Source: Auanema rhodensis (taxonomy: Eukaryota > Animalia > Nematoda). From it: a stretch of DNA of 64,000 nt. Below are positions 38,280 to 52,684 of this stretch, piece by piece. The stretch covers positions 3,038,001-3,102,000 of the forward strand of contig OZ059895.1 in NCBI GenBank assembly GCA_964057225.1, read 5' to 3'. Made by a program: the position numbers and the translations under genes. Below the pieces are notes generated by a model, which saw nothing but the letters and a program-made list of their open reading frames with translations, did not search any database and was not told where the DNA came from. Every line of letters begins with the position of its first letter. Within the stretch, counting starts at the first letter, position 1.

Positions 38280-41200
38280 TGCCCTTCAAAGCATCAGAAC
38301 ATGTGATCACATTCCAATATTTTTGTATCTATCTTGTAAAGATAGTAATATATCATATGTTGAACAGTATGTTGTAAAGATTTTAATTCAGATTTTCTAA
38401 CTTTTATTCAGTTTGTTTTTTAAACTTTGATTAAGAACTTTGATTTTTGTACACCCATAAATTATACGCAGCACAGGTTACCCTTAATTAATGAACTGAC
38501 CAACTAATCAGACATGGATCTTTCCTAGTTCTGTTGCTTGAATGGATGTTTTCCTACGTAGGCTAGTAAAACATGCCCTTCAAAGCATCAGAACATGTGA
38601 TCAAATTCCAATTTTTTTGTATCTATCTTGTAAAGATAGTAATATATCATATGTTGAACACTATGTTGGAAAGATTTTAATTCAGATTTTCGAACTTTTA
38701 TTCAGTTTGTTTTTTAAACTTTGATTAAGAACTTTGATTTTTGTACACCCATAAATTATACGCAGCACAGGTTACCCTAAATTAATGAACTGACCGACTA
38801 ATCAGACATGGATCTTTCCAAGTTCTGTTGCTTGAACGGATGTTTTCCTACGAAGGCTAGTAAAACATGCCCTTCAAAGCATCAGAACATGTGATCAAAT
38901 TCCAATTTTTTTGTATCTATCTTGTAAAGATAGTAATATATCATATGTTGAACACTATGTTGGAAAGATTTTAATTCAGATTTTCGAACTTTTATTCAGT
39001 TTGTTTTTTAAACTTTGATTAAGAACTTTGATTTTTGTACACCCATAAATTATACGCAGCACAGGTTACCCTAAATTAATGAACTGACCGACTAATCAGA
39101 CATGGATCTTTCCAAGTTCTGTTGCTTGAACGGATGTTTTCCTACGAAGGCTAGTAAAACATGCCCTTCAAAGCATCAGAACATGTGATCACATTCCAAT
39201 ATTTTTGTATCTATCTTGTAAAGATAGTAATAAACTTTGATTTTTGTACACCCATAAATTATACGCAGCACAGGTTACCCTTAAATAATGAACTGACCGA
39301 CTAATCAGACATGGATCTCTCCAAGTTCTGTTGCTTGAACGGATGTTTTCCTACGTAGGCTAGTAAAACATGCCCTTCAAAGCATCAGAACATGTGATCA
39401 CATTCCAATATTTTTGTATCTATCTTGTAAAGATAGTAATATATCATATGTTGAACACTATGTTGGAAAGATTTTAATTCAGATTTTCTAACTTTTATTC
39501 AGTTTGTTTTTTAAACTTTGATTAAGAACTTTGATTTTTGTACACCCATAAATTATACGCAGCACAGGTTACCCTTAAATAATGAACTGACCGTTTAATC
39601 AGACATGGATCTTCCCAAGTTCTGTTGCTTGAATGGATGTTTTCCTACGTAGGCTAGTAAAACATGCCCTTCAAAGCATCAGAACATGTGATCAAATTCC
39701 AATTTTTTTGTATCTATCTTGTAAAGATAGTAATATATCATATGTTGAACACTATGTTGGAAAGATTTTCATTCAGATTTTTTAATTTTTATTCAGTTTG
39801 TTTTTTAAACTTTGATTAAGAACTTTGATTTTTGTACACCCATAAATTATACGCAGCACAGGTTACCCTTAAATAATGAACTGACCGACTAATCAGACAT
39901 GGATCTTTCCAAGTTCTGTTGCTTGAACGGATGTTTTCCTACGTAGGCTAGTAAAACATGCCCTTCAAAGCATCAGAACATGTGATCACATTCCAATATT
40001 TTTGTATCTATCTTGTAAAGATAGTAATATATCATATGTTGAACACTATGTTGGAAAGATTTTAATTCAGATTTTCGAACTTTTATTCAGTTTGTTTTTT
40101 AAACTTTGATTAAGAACTTTGATTTTTGTACACCCATAAATTATACGCAGCACAGGTTACCCTTAAATAATGAACTGACCAACTAATCAGACATGGATCT
40201 TTCCAAGTTCTGTTGCTTGAACGGATGTTTTCCTACGTAGGCTAGTAAAACATGCCCTTCAAACATCAGAACATGTGATCACATTCCAATATTTTTGTAT
40301 CTATCTTGTAAAGATAGTAATATATCATATGTTGAACACTATGTTGGAAAGATTTTAATTCAGATTTTCTAACTTTTATTCAGTTTGTTTTTTAAACTTT
40401 GATTAAGAACTTTGATTTTTGTACACCCATAAATTATACGCAGCACAGGTTACCCTTAAATAATGAACTGACCGTTTAATCAGACATGGATCTTCCCAAG
40501 TTCTGTTGCTTGAATGAATGTTTTCCTACGTAGGCTAGTAAAACATGCCCTTCAAAGCATCAGAACATGTGATCAAATTCCAATTTTTTTGTATCTATCT
40601 TGTAAAGATAGTAATATATCATATGTTGAACACTATGTTGGAAAGATTTTCATTCAGATTTTTTAATTTTTATTCAGTTTGTTTTTTAAACTTTGATTAA
40701 GAACTTTGATTTTTGTACACCCATAAATTATACGCAGCACAGGTTACCCTTAAATAATGAACTGACCGACTAATCAGACATGGATCTTTCCAAGTTCTGT
40801 TGCTTGAACGGATGTTTTCCTACGTAGGCTAGTAAAACATGCCCTTCAAAGCATCAGAACATGTGATCACATTCCAATATTTTTGTATCTATCTTGTAAA
40901 GATAGTAATATATCATATGTTGAACACTATGTTGGAAAGATTTTAATTCAGATTTTCGAACTTTTATTCAGTTTGTTTTTTAAACTTTGATTAAGAACTT
41001 TGATTTTTGTACACCCATAAATTATACGCAGCACAGGTTACCCTTAAATAATGAACTGACCAACTAATCAGACATGGATCTTTCCTAGTTCTGTTGCTTG
41101 AATGGATGTTTTCCTACGTAGGCTAGTAAAACATGCCCTTCAAAGCATCAGAACATGTGATCAAATTCCAATTTTTTTGTATCTATCTTGTAAAGATAGT

Positions 41201-44200
41201 AATATATCATATGTTGAACACTATGTTGGAAAGATTTTAATTCAGATTTTCGAACTTTTATTCAGTTTGTTTTTTAAACTTTGATTAAGAACTTTGATTT
41301 TTGTACACCCATAAATTATACGCAGCACAGGTTACCCTTAATTAATGAACTGACCGACTAATCAGACATGGATCTTTCCAAGTTCTGTTGCTTGAACGGA
41401 TGTTTTCCTACGAAGGCTAGTAAAACATGCCCTTCAAAGCATCAGAACATGTGATCACATTCCAATATTTTTGTATCTATCTTGTAAAGATAGTAATATA
41501 TCATATGTTGAACACTATGTTGGATAGATTTTAATTCAGATTTTTTCAACTTTCACTCAGTTTGTTTTCTAAACTTTGATTAAGAACTTTGATTTTTGTA
41601 CACCCATAAATTATACGCAGCACAGGTTACCCTTAAATAATGAACTGACCGACTAATCAGACATGGATCTTTCCTAGTTCTGTTGCTTGAATGGATGTTT
41701 TCCTACGTAGGCTAGTAAAACATGACCTTCAAAGCATCAGAACATGTGATCACATTCCAATATTTTTGTATCTATCTTGTAAAGATAGTAATATATCATA
41801 TGTTGAACACTATGTTGGAAATATTTTAATTCAGATTTTCTAACTTTTATTCAGTTTGTTTTTTAAACTTTGATTAAGAACTTTGATTTTTGTACACCCA
41901 TAAATTATACGCAGCACAGGTTACCCTTGAATAATGAACTGACCGACTAATCAGACATGGATCTTTCCTAGTTCTGTTGCTTGAATGGATGTTTTCCTAC
42001 GTAGGCTAGTAAAACATGCCCTTCAAAGCATCAGAACATGTGATCACATTCCAATTTTTTTGTATCTATCTTGTAAAGATAGTAATAAACTTTGATTTTT
42101 GTACACCCATAAATTATACGCAGCACAGGTTACCCTTAAATAATGAACTGACCGACTAATCAGACATGGATCTTTCCAAGTTCTGTTGCTTGAACGGATG
42201 TTTTCCTACGTAGGCTAGTAAAACATGCCCTTCAAAGCATCAGAACATGTGATCACATTTCAATTTTTTTGTATCTATCTTGTAAAGATAGTAATATATC
42301 ATATGTTGAACACTATGTTGGAAAGATTTTAATTCAGATTTTTTCAACTTTCACTCAGTTTGTTTTCTAAACTTTGATTAAGAACCTTGTTGTTTGTACA
42401 CCCATAAAATATACGCAGCACAGGTTACCCTTAAATAATGAACTGACCGTCTAATCAGACATGGATCTTCCCAAGTTCTGTTGCTTGAATGGATGTTTTC
42501 CTACGTAGGCTAGTAAAACATGCCCTTCAAAGCATCAGAACATGTGATCACATTCCAATATTTTTGTATCTATCTTGTAAAGATAGTAATATATCATATG
42601 TTGAACACTATGTTGGAAAGATTTTAATTCGGTTTTTTTAATTTTTATTCAGTTTGTTTTTTAAACTTTGATTAAGAACTTTGATTTTTGTACACCCATA
42701 AATTATACGCAGCACAGGTTACCCTTAAATAATGAACTGACCGACTAATCAGACATGAATCTTTCCAAGTTCTGTTGCTTGAATGGATGTTTTCCTACGT
42801 AGGCTAGTAAAACATGCCCTTCAAAGCATCAGAACATGTGATCAAATTCCAATTTTTTTGTATCTATCTTGTAAAGATAGTAATATATCATATGTTGAAC
42901 ACTATGTTGGAAAGATTTTAATTCGGTTTTTTTAATTTTTATTCAGTTTGTTTTTTAAACTTTGATTAAGAACTTTGATTTTTGTACACCCATAAATTAT
43001 ACGCAGCACAGGTTACCCTTAAATAATAAACTGACCGACTAATCAGACATGGATCTTTCCAAGTTCTGTTGCTTGAACGGATGTTTTCCTACGTAGGCTA
43101 GTAAAACATGCCCTTCAAAGCATCAGAACATGTGATCACATTCCAATATTTTTGTATCTATCTTGTAAAGATAGTAATATATCATATGTTGAACACTATG
43201 TTGGAAAGATTTTAATTCAGATTTTCTAACTTTTATTCAGTTTGTTTTTTAAACTTTGATTAAGAACTTTGATTTTTGTACACCCATAAATTATACGCAG
43301 CACAGATTACCCTTAAATAATGAACTGACCGTCTAATCAGACATGGATCTTCCCAAGTTCTGTTGCTTGAATGGATGTTTTCCTACGTAGGCTAGTAAAA
43401 CATGCCCTTCAAAGCATCAGAACATGTGATCACATTCCAATTTTTTTGTATCTATCTTGTAAAGATAGTAATATATCATATGTTGAACACTATGTTGGAA
43501 AGATTTTAATTCAGATTTTTTCAACTTTCACTCAGTTTGTTTTCTAAACTTTGATTAAGAACCTTGTTGTTTGTACACCCATAAAATATACGCAGCACAG
43601 GTTACCCTTAAATAATGAACTGACCGTCTAATCAGACATGGATCTTCCCAAGTTCTGTTGCTTGAATGGATGTTTTCCTACGTAGGCTAGTAAAACATGC
43701 CCTTCAAAGCATCAGAACATGTGATCAAATTCCAATTTTTTTGTATCTATCTTGTAAAGATAGTAATATATCATATGTTGAACACTATGTTGGAAAGATT
43801 TTCATTCAGATTTTTTAATTTTTATTCAGTTTGTTTTTTAAACTTTGATTAAGAACTTTGATTTTTGTACACCCATAAATTATACGTAGCACAGGTTACC
43901 CTTAAATAATGAACTGACCGACTAATCAGACATGGATCTTTCCAAGTTCTGTTGCTTGAACGGATGTTTTCCTACGTAGGCTAGTAAAACATGCCCTTCA
44001 AAGCATCAGAACATGTGATCACATTCCAATATTTTTGTATCTATCTTGTAAAGATAGTAATATATCATATGTTGAACAGTATGTTGGAAAGATTTTAATT
44101 CAGATTTTCTAACTTTTATTCAGTTTGTTTTTTAAACTTTGATTAAGAACTTTGATTTTTGTACACCCATAAATTATACGTAGCACAGGTTACCCTTAAA

Positions 44201-47200
44201 TAATGAACTGACCGACTAATCAGACATGGATCTTTCCAAGTTCTGTTGCTTGAACGGATGTTTTCCTACGTAGGCTAGTAAAACATGCCCTTCAAAGCAT
44301 CAGAACATGTGATCACATTCCAATATTTTTGTATCTATCTTGTAAAGATAGTAATATATCATATGTTGAACACTATGTTGGAAAGATTTTCATTCAGATT
44401 TTTTAATTTTTATTCAGTTTGTTTTTTAAACTTTGATTAAGAACTTTGATTTTTGTACACCCATAAATTATACGTAGCACAGGTTACCCTTAAATAATGA
44501 ACTGACCGACTAATCAGACATGGATCTTTCCAAGTTCTGTTGCTTGAACGGATGTTTTCCTACGTAGGCTAGTAAAACATGCCCTTCAAAGCATCAGAAC
44601 ATGTGATCACATTCCAATATTTTTGTATCTATCTTGTAAAGATAGTAATATATCATATGTTGAACAGTATGTTGGAAAGATTTTAATTCAGATTTTCTAA
44701 CTTTTATTCAGTTTGTTTTTTAAACTTTGATTAAGAACTTTGATTTTTGTACACCCATAAATTATACGTAGCACAGGTTACCCTTAAATAATGAACTGAC
44801 CGACTAATCAGACATGGATCTTCCCAAGTTCTGTTGCTTGAATGGATGTTTTCCTACGTAGGCTAGTAAAACATGCCCTTCAAAGCATCAGAACATGTGA
44901 TCAAATTCCAATTTTTTTGTATCTATCTTGTAAAGATAGTAATATATCATATGTTGAACACTATGTTGGAAAGATTTTCATTCAGATTTTTTAATTTTTA
45001 TTCAGTTTGTTTTTTAAACTTTGATTAAGAACTTTGATTTTTGTACACCCATAAATTATACGTAGCACAGGTTACCCTTAAATAATGAACTGACCGACTA
45101 ATCAGACATGGATCTTTCCAAGTTCTGTTGCTTGAACGGATGTTTTCCTACGTAGGCTAGTAAAACATGCCCTTCAAAGCATCAGAACATGTGATCACAT
45201 TCCAATATTTTTGTATCTATCTTGTAAAGATAGTAATATATCATATGTTGAACACTATGTTGGAAAGATTTTCATTCAGATTTTTTAATTTTTATTCAGT
45301 TTGTTTTTTAAACTTTGATTAAGAACTTTGATTTTTGTACACCCATAAATTATACGTAGCACAGGTTACCCTTAAATAATGAACTGACCGACTAATCAGA
45401 CATGGATCTTTCCAAGTTCTGTTGCTTGAACGGATGTTTTCCTACGTAGGCTAGTAAAACATGCCCTTCAAAGCATCAGAACATGTGATCACATTCCAAT
45501 ATTTTTGTATCTATCTTGTAAAGATAGTAATATATCATATGTTGAACAGTATGTTGGAAAGATTTTAATTCAGATTTTCTAACTTTTATTCAGTTTGTTT
45601 TTTAAACTTTGATTAAGAACTTTGATTTTTGTACACCCATAAATTATACGTAGCACAGGTTACCCTTAAATAATGAACTGACCGACTAATCAGACATGGA
45701 TCTTCCCAAGTTCTGTTGCTTGAATGGATGTTTTCCTACGTAGGCTAGTAAAACATGCCCTTCAAAGCATCAGAACATGTGATCAAATTCCAATTTTTTT
45801 GTATCTATCTTGTAAAGATAGTAATATATCATATGTTGAACACTATGTTGGAAAGATTTTAATTCAGATTTTCTAACTTTTATTCAGTTTGTTTTTTAAA
45901 CTTTGATTAAGAACTTTGATTTTTGTACACCCATAAATTATACGTAGCACAGGTTACCCTTAAATAATGAACTGACCGACTAATCAGACATGGATCTTTC
46001 CAAGTTCTGTTGCTTGAACGGATGTTTTCCTACGTAGGCTAGTAAAACATGCCCTTCAAAGCATCAGAACATGTGATCACATTCCAATATTTTTGTATCT
46101 ATCTTGTAAAGATAGTAATATATCATATGTTGAACAGTATGTTGGAAAGATTTTAATTCAGATTTTCTAACTTTTATTCAGTTTGTTTTTTAAACTTTGA
46201 TTAAGAACTTTGATTTTTGTACACCCATAAATTATACGCAGCACAGGTTACCCTTAAATAATGAACTGACCAACTAATCAGACATGGATCTTTCCTAGTT
46301 CTGTTGCTTGAATGGATGTTTTCCTACGTAGGCTAGTAAAACATGCCCTTCAAAGCATCAGAACATGTGATCAAATTCCAATTTTTTTGTATCTATCTTG
46401 TAAAGATAGTAATATATCATATGTTGAACACTATGTTGGAAAGATTTTAATTCAGATTTTCGAACTTTTATTCAGTTTGTTTTTTAAACTTTGATTAAGA
46501 ACTTTGATTTTTGTACACCCATAAATTATACGCAGCACAGGTTACCCTAAATTAATGAACTGACCGACTAATCAGACATGGATCTTTCCAAGTTCTGTTG
46601 CTTGAACGGATGTTTTCCTACGAAGGCTAGTAAAACATGCCCTTCAAAGCATCAGAACATGTGATCACATTCCAATATTTTTGTATCTATCTTGTAAAGA
46701 TAGTAATAAACTTTGATTTTTGTACACCCATAAATTATACGCAGCACAGGTTACCCTTAAATAATGAACTGACCGACTAATCAGACATGGATCTCTCCAA
46801 GTTCTGTTGCTTGAACGGATGTTTTCCTACGTAGGCTAGTAAAACATGCCCTTCAAAGCATCAGAACATGTGATCACATTTCAATTTTTTTGTATCTATC
46901 TTGTAAAGATAGTAATATATCATATGTTGAACACTATGTTGAAAAGATTTTAATTCAGATTTTTTCAACTTTCACTCAGTTTGTTTTCTAAACTTTGATT
47001 AAGAACCTTGTTGTTTGTACACCCATAAAATATACGCAGCACAGGTTACCCTTAAATAATGAACTGACCGTTTAATCAGACATGGATCTTCCCAAGTTCT
47101 GTTGCTTGAATGGATGTTTTCCTACGTAGGCTAGTAAAACATGCCCTTCAAAGCATCAGAACATGTGATCAAATTCCAATTTTTTTGTATCTATCTTGTA

Positions 47201-50200
47201 AAGATAGTAATATATCATATGTTGAACACTATGTTGGAAAGATTTTCATTCAGATTTTTTAATTTTTATTCAGTTTGTTTTTTAAACTTTGATTAAGAAC
47301 TTTGATTTTTGTACACCCATAAATTATACGCAGCACAGGTTACCCTTAAATAATGAACTGACCGACTAATCAGACATGGATCTTTCCTAGTTCTGTTGCT
47401 TGAATGGATGTTTTCCTACGTAGGCTAGTAAAACATGCCCTTCAAAGCATCAGAACATGTGATCAAATTCCAATTTTTTTGTATCTATCTTGTAAAGATA
47501 GTAATATATCATATGTTGAACACTATGTTGGAAAGATTTTAATTCAGATTTTCGAACTTTTATTCAGTTTGTTTTTTAAACTTTGATTAAGAACTTTGAT
47601 TTTTGTACACCCATAAATTATACGCAGCACAGGTTACCCTTAATTAATGAACTGACCGACTAATCAGACATGGATCTTTCCAAGTTCTGTTGCTTAAACG
47701 GATGTTTTCCTACGAAGGCTAGTAAAACATGCCCTTCAAAGCATCAGAACATGTGATCACATTCCAATATTTTTGTATCTATCTTGTAAAGATAGTAATA
47801 TATCATATGTTGAACACTAAGTTGGAAAGATTTTAATTCAGATTTTCTAACTTTTATTCAGTTTGTTTTTTAAACTTTGATTAAGAACTTTGATTTTTGT
47901 ACACCCATAAATTATACGTAGCACAGGTTACCCTTAAATAATGAACTGACCGACTAATCAGACATGGATCTTCCCAAGTTCTGTTGCTTGAATGGATGTT
48001 TTCCTACGTAGGCTAGTAAAACATGCCCTTCAAAGCATCAGAACATGTGATCAAATTCCAATTTTTTTGTATCTATCTTGTAAAGATAGTAATATATCAT
48101 ATGTTGAACACTATGTTGGAAAGATTTTCATTCAGATTTTTTAATTTTTATTCAGTTTGTTTTTTAAACTTTGATTAAGAACTTTGATTTTTGTACACCC
48201 ATAAATTATACGTAGCACAGGTTACCCTTAAATAATGAACTGACCGACTAATCAGACATGGATCTTTCCAAGTTCTGTTGCTTGAACGGATGTTTTCCTA
48301 CGTAGGCTAGTAAAACATGCCCTTCAAAGCATCAGAACATGTGATCACATTCCAATATTTTTGTATCTATCTTGTAAAGATAGTAATATATCATATGTTG
48401 AACACTATGTTGGAAAGATTTTCATTCAGATTTTTTAATTTTTATTCAGTTTGTTTTTTAAACTTTGATTAAGAACTTTGATTTTTGTACACCCATAAAT
48501 TATACGTAGCACAGGTTACCCTTAAATAATGAACTGACCGACTAATCAGACATGGATCTTTCCAAGTTCTGTTGCTTGAACGGATGTTTTCCTACGTAGG
48601 CTAGTAAAACATGCCCTTCAAAGCATCAGAACATGTGATCACATTCCAATATTTTTGTATCTATCTTGTAAAGATAGTAATATATCATATGTTGAACAGT
48701 ATGTTGGAAAGATTTTAATTCAGATTTTCTAACTTTTATTCAGTTTGTTTTTTAAACTTTGATTAAGAACTTTGATTTTTGTACACCCATAAATTATACG
48801 TAGCACAGGTTACCCTTAAATAATGAACTGACCGACTAATCAGACATGGATCTTCCCAAGTTCTGTTGCTTGAATGGATGTTTTCCTACGTAGGCTAGTA
48901 AAACATGCCCTTCAAAGCATCAGAACATGTGATCAAATTCCAATTTTTTTGTATCTATCTTGTAAAGATAGTAATATATCATATGTTGAACACTATGTTG
49001 GAAAGATTTTAATTCAGATTTTCTAACTTTTATTCAGTTTGTTTTTTAAACTTTGATTAAGAACTTTGATTTTTGTACACCCATAAATTATACGTAGCAC
49101 AGGTTACCCTTAAATAATGAACTGACCGACTAATCAGACATGGATCTTTCCAAGTTCTGTTGCTTGAACGGATGTTTTCCTACGTAGGCTAGTAAAACAT
49201 GCCCTTCAAAGCATCAGAACATGTGATCACATTCCAATATTTTTGTATCTATCTTGTAAAGATAGTAATATATCATATGTTGAACAGTATGTTGGAAAGA
49301 TTTTAATTCAGATTTTCTAACTTTTATTCAGTTTGTTTTTTAAACTTTGATTAAGAACTTTGATTTTTGTACACCCATAAATTATACGCAGCACAGGTTA
49401 CCCTTAAATAATGAACTGACCAACTAATCAGACATGGATCTTTCCTAGTTCTGTTGCTTGAATGGATGTTTTCCTACGTAGGCTAGTAAAACATGCCCTT
49501 CAAAGCATCAGAACATGTGATCAAATTCCAATTTTTTTGTATCTATCTTGTAAAGATAGTAATATATCATATGTTGAACACTATGTTGGAAAGATTTTAA
49601 TTCAGATTTTCGAACTTTTATTCAGTTTGTTTTTTAAACTTTGATTAAGAACTTTGATTTTTGTACACCCATAAATTATACGCAGCACAGGTTACCCTAA
49701 ATTAATGAACTGACCGACTAATCAGACATGGATCTTTCCAAGTTCTGTTGCTTGAACGGATGTTTTCCTACGAAGGCTAGTAAAACATGCCCTTCAAAGC
49801 ATCAGAACATGTGATCACATTCCAATATTTTTGTATCTATCTTGTAAAGATAGTAATAAACTTTGATTTTTGTACACCCATAAATTATACGCAGCACAGG
49901 TTACCCTTAAATAATGAACTGACCGACTAATCAGACATGGATCTCTCCAAGTTCTGTTGCTTGAACGGATGTTTTCCTACGTAGGCTAGTAAAACATGCC
50001 CTTCAAAGCATCAGAACATGTGATCACATTTCAATTTTTTTGTATCTATCTTGTAAAGATAGTAATATATCATATGTTGAACACTATGTTGAAAAGATTT
50101 TAATTCAGATTTTTTCAACTTTCACTCAGTTTGTTTTCTAAACTTTGATTAAGAACCTTGTTGTTTGTACACCCATAAAATATACGCAGCACAGGTTACC

Positions 50201-52640
50201 CTTAAATAATGAACTGACCGTTTAATCAGACATGGATCTTCCCAAGTTCTGTTGCTTGAATGGATGTTTTCCTACGTAGGCTAGTAAAACATGCCCTTCA
50301 AAGCATCAGAACATGTGATCAAATTCCAATTTTTTTGTATCTATCTTGTAAAGATAGTAATATATCATATGTTGAACACTATGTTGGAAAGATTTTCATT
50401 CAGATTTTTTAATTTTTATTCAGTTTGTTTTTTAAACTTTGATTAAGAACTTTGATTTTTGTACACCCATAAATTATACGCAGCACAGGTTACCCTTAAA
50501 TAATGAACTGACCGACTAATCAGACATGGATCTTTCCTAGTTCTGTTGCTTGAATGGATGTTTTCCTACGTAGGCTAGTAAAACATGCCCTTCAAAGCAT
50601 CAGAACATGTGATCAAATTCCAATTTTTTTGTATCTATCTTGTAAAGATAGTAATATATCATATGTTGAACACTATGTTGGAAAGATTTTAATTCAGATT
50701 TTCGAACTTTTATTCAGTTTGTTTTTTAAACTTTGATTAAGAACTTTGATTTTTGTACACCCATAAATTATACGCAGCACAGGTTACCCTTAATTAATGA
50801 ACTGACCGACTAATCAGACATGGATCTTTCCAAGTTCTGTTGCTTAAACGGATGTTTTCCTACGAAGGCTAGTAAAACATGCCCTTCAAAGCATCAGAAC
50901 ATGTGATCACATTCCAATATTTTTGTATCTATCTTGTAAAGATAGTAATATATCATATGTTGAACACTAAGTTGGAAAGATTTTAATTCAGATTTTCTAA
51001 CTTTTATTCAGTTTGTTTTTTAAACTTTGATTAAGAACTTTGATTTTTGTACACCCATAAATTATACGCAGCACAGGTTACCCTTGAATAATGAACTGAC
51101 CGACTAATCAGACATGGATCTTTCCTAGTTCTGTTGCTTGAATGGATGTTTTCCTACGTAGGCTAGTAAAACATGCCCTTCAAAGCATCAGAACATGTGA
51201 TCACATTTCAATTTTTTTGTATCTATCTTGTAAAGATAGTAATATATCATATGTTGAACACTATGTTGGAAAGATTTTAATTCAGATTTTTTCAACTTTC
51301 ACTCAGTTTGTTTTCTAAACTTTGATTAAGAACCTTGTTGTTTGTACACCCATAAATTATACGCAGCACAGGTTACCCTTAAATAATGAACTGACCGACT
51401 AATCAGACATGGATCTTTCCAAGTTCTGTTGCTTGAACGGATGTTTTCCTACGTAGGCTAGTAAAACATGCCCTTCAAAGCATCAGAACATGTGATCACA
51501 TTCCAATATTTTTGTATCTATCTTGTAAAGATAGTAATATATCATATGTTGAACACTATGTTGGAAAGATTTTAATTCAGATTTTCTAACTTTTATTCAG
51601 TTTGTTTTTTAAACTTTGATTAAGAACTTTGATTTTTGTACACCCATAAATTATACGCAGCACAGGTTACCCTTAAATAATGAACTGACCGACTAATCAG
51701 ACATGGATCTTTCCTAGTTCTGTTGCTTGAATGGATGTTTTCCTACGTAGGCTAGTAAAACATGCCCTTCAAAGCATCAGAACATGTGATCAAATTCCAA
51801 TTTTTTTGTATCTATCTTGTAAAGATAGTAATATATCATATGTTGAACACTATGTTGGAAAGATTTTAATTCAGATTTTCGAACTTTTATTCTGTTTGTT
51901 TTTTAAACTTTGATTAAGAACTTTGATTTTTGTACACCCATAAATTATACGCAGCACAGGTTACCCTTAAATAAAGAACTGACCGACTAATCAGACATGG
52001 ATCTTTCCAAGTTCTGTTGCTTGAATGGATGTTTTCCTACGTAGGCTAGTAAAACATGCCCTTCAAAGCATCAGAACATGTGATCAAATTCCAATTTTTT
52101 TGTATCTATCTTGTAAAGATAGTAATATATCATATGTTGAACACTATGTTGGAAAGATTTTAATTCGGTTTTTTTAATTTTTATTCAGTTTGTTTTTCAA
52201 ACTTTGATTAAGAACTTTGATTTTTGTACACCCATAAATTATACGCAGCACAGGTTACCCTTAAATAAAGAACTGACCGACTAATCAGACATGGATCTTT
52301 CCAAGTTCTGTTGCTTGAATGGATGTTTTCCTACGTAGGCTAGTAAAACATGCCCTTCAAAGCATCAGAACATGTGATCAAATTCCAATTTTTTTGTATC
52401 TATCTTGTAAAGATAGTAATATATCATATGTTGAACACTATGTTGGAAAGATTTTAATTCGGTTTTTTTAATTTTTATTCAGTTTGTTTTTTAAACTTTG
52501 ATTAAGAACTTTGATTTTTGTACACCCATAAATTATACGCAGCACAGGTTACCCTTAAATAATGAACTGACCGTCTAATCAGACATGGATCTTCCCAAGT
52601 TCTGTTGCTTGAATGGATGTTTTCCTACGTAGGCTAGTAA

Positions 52641-52684
52641 AACATGCCCTTCAAAGCATCAGAACATGCCCTTCAAAGCATCAG
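52641..52684 (+). repeat. 22-bp tandem duplication inside one satellite monomer
   Basis: aacatgcccttcaaagcatcag occurs twice, followed by aacatgtg. Confidence 0.95.
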
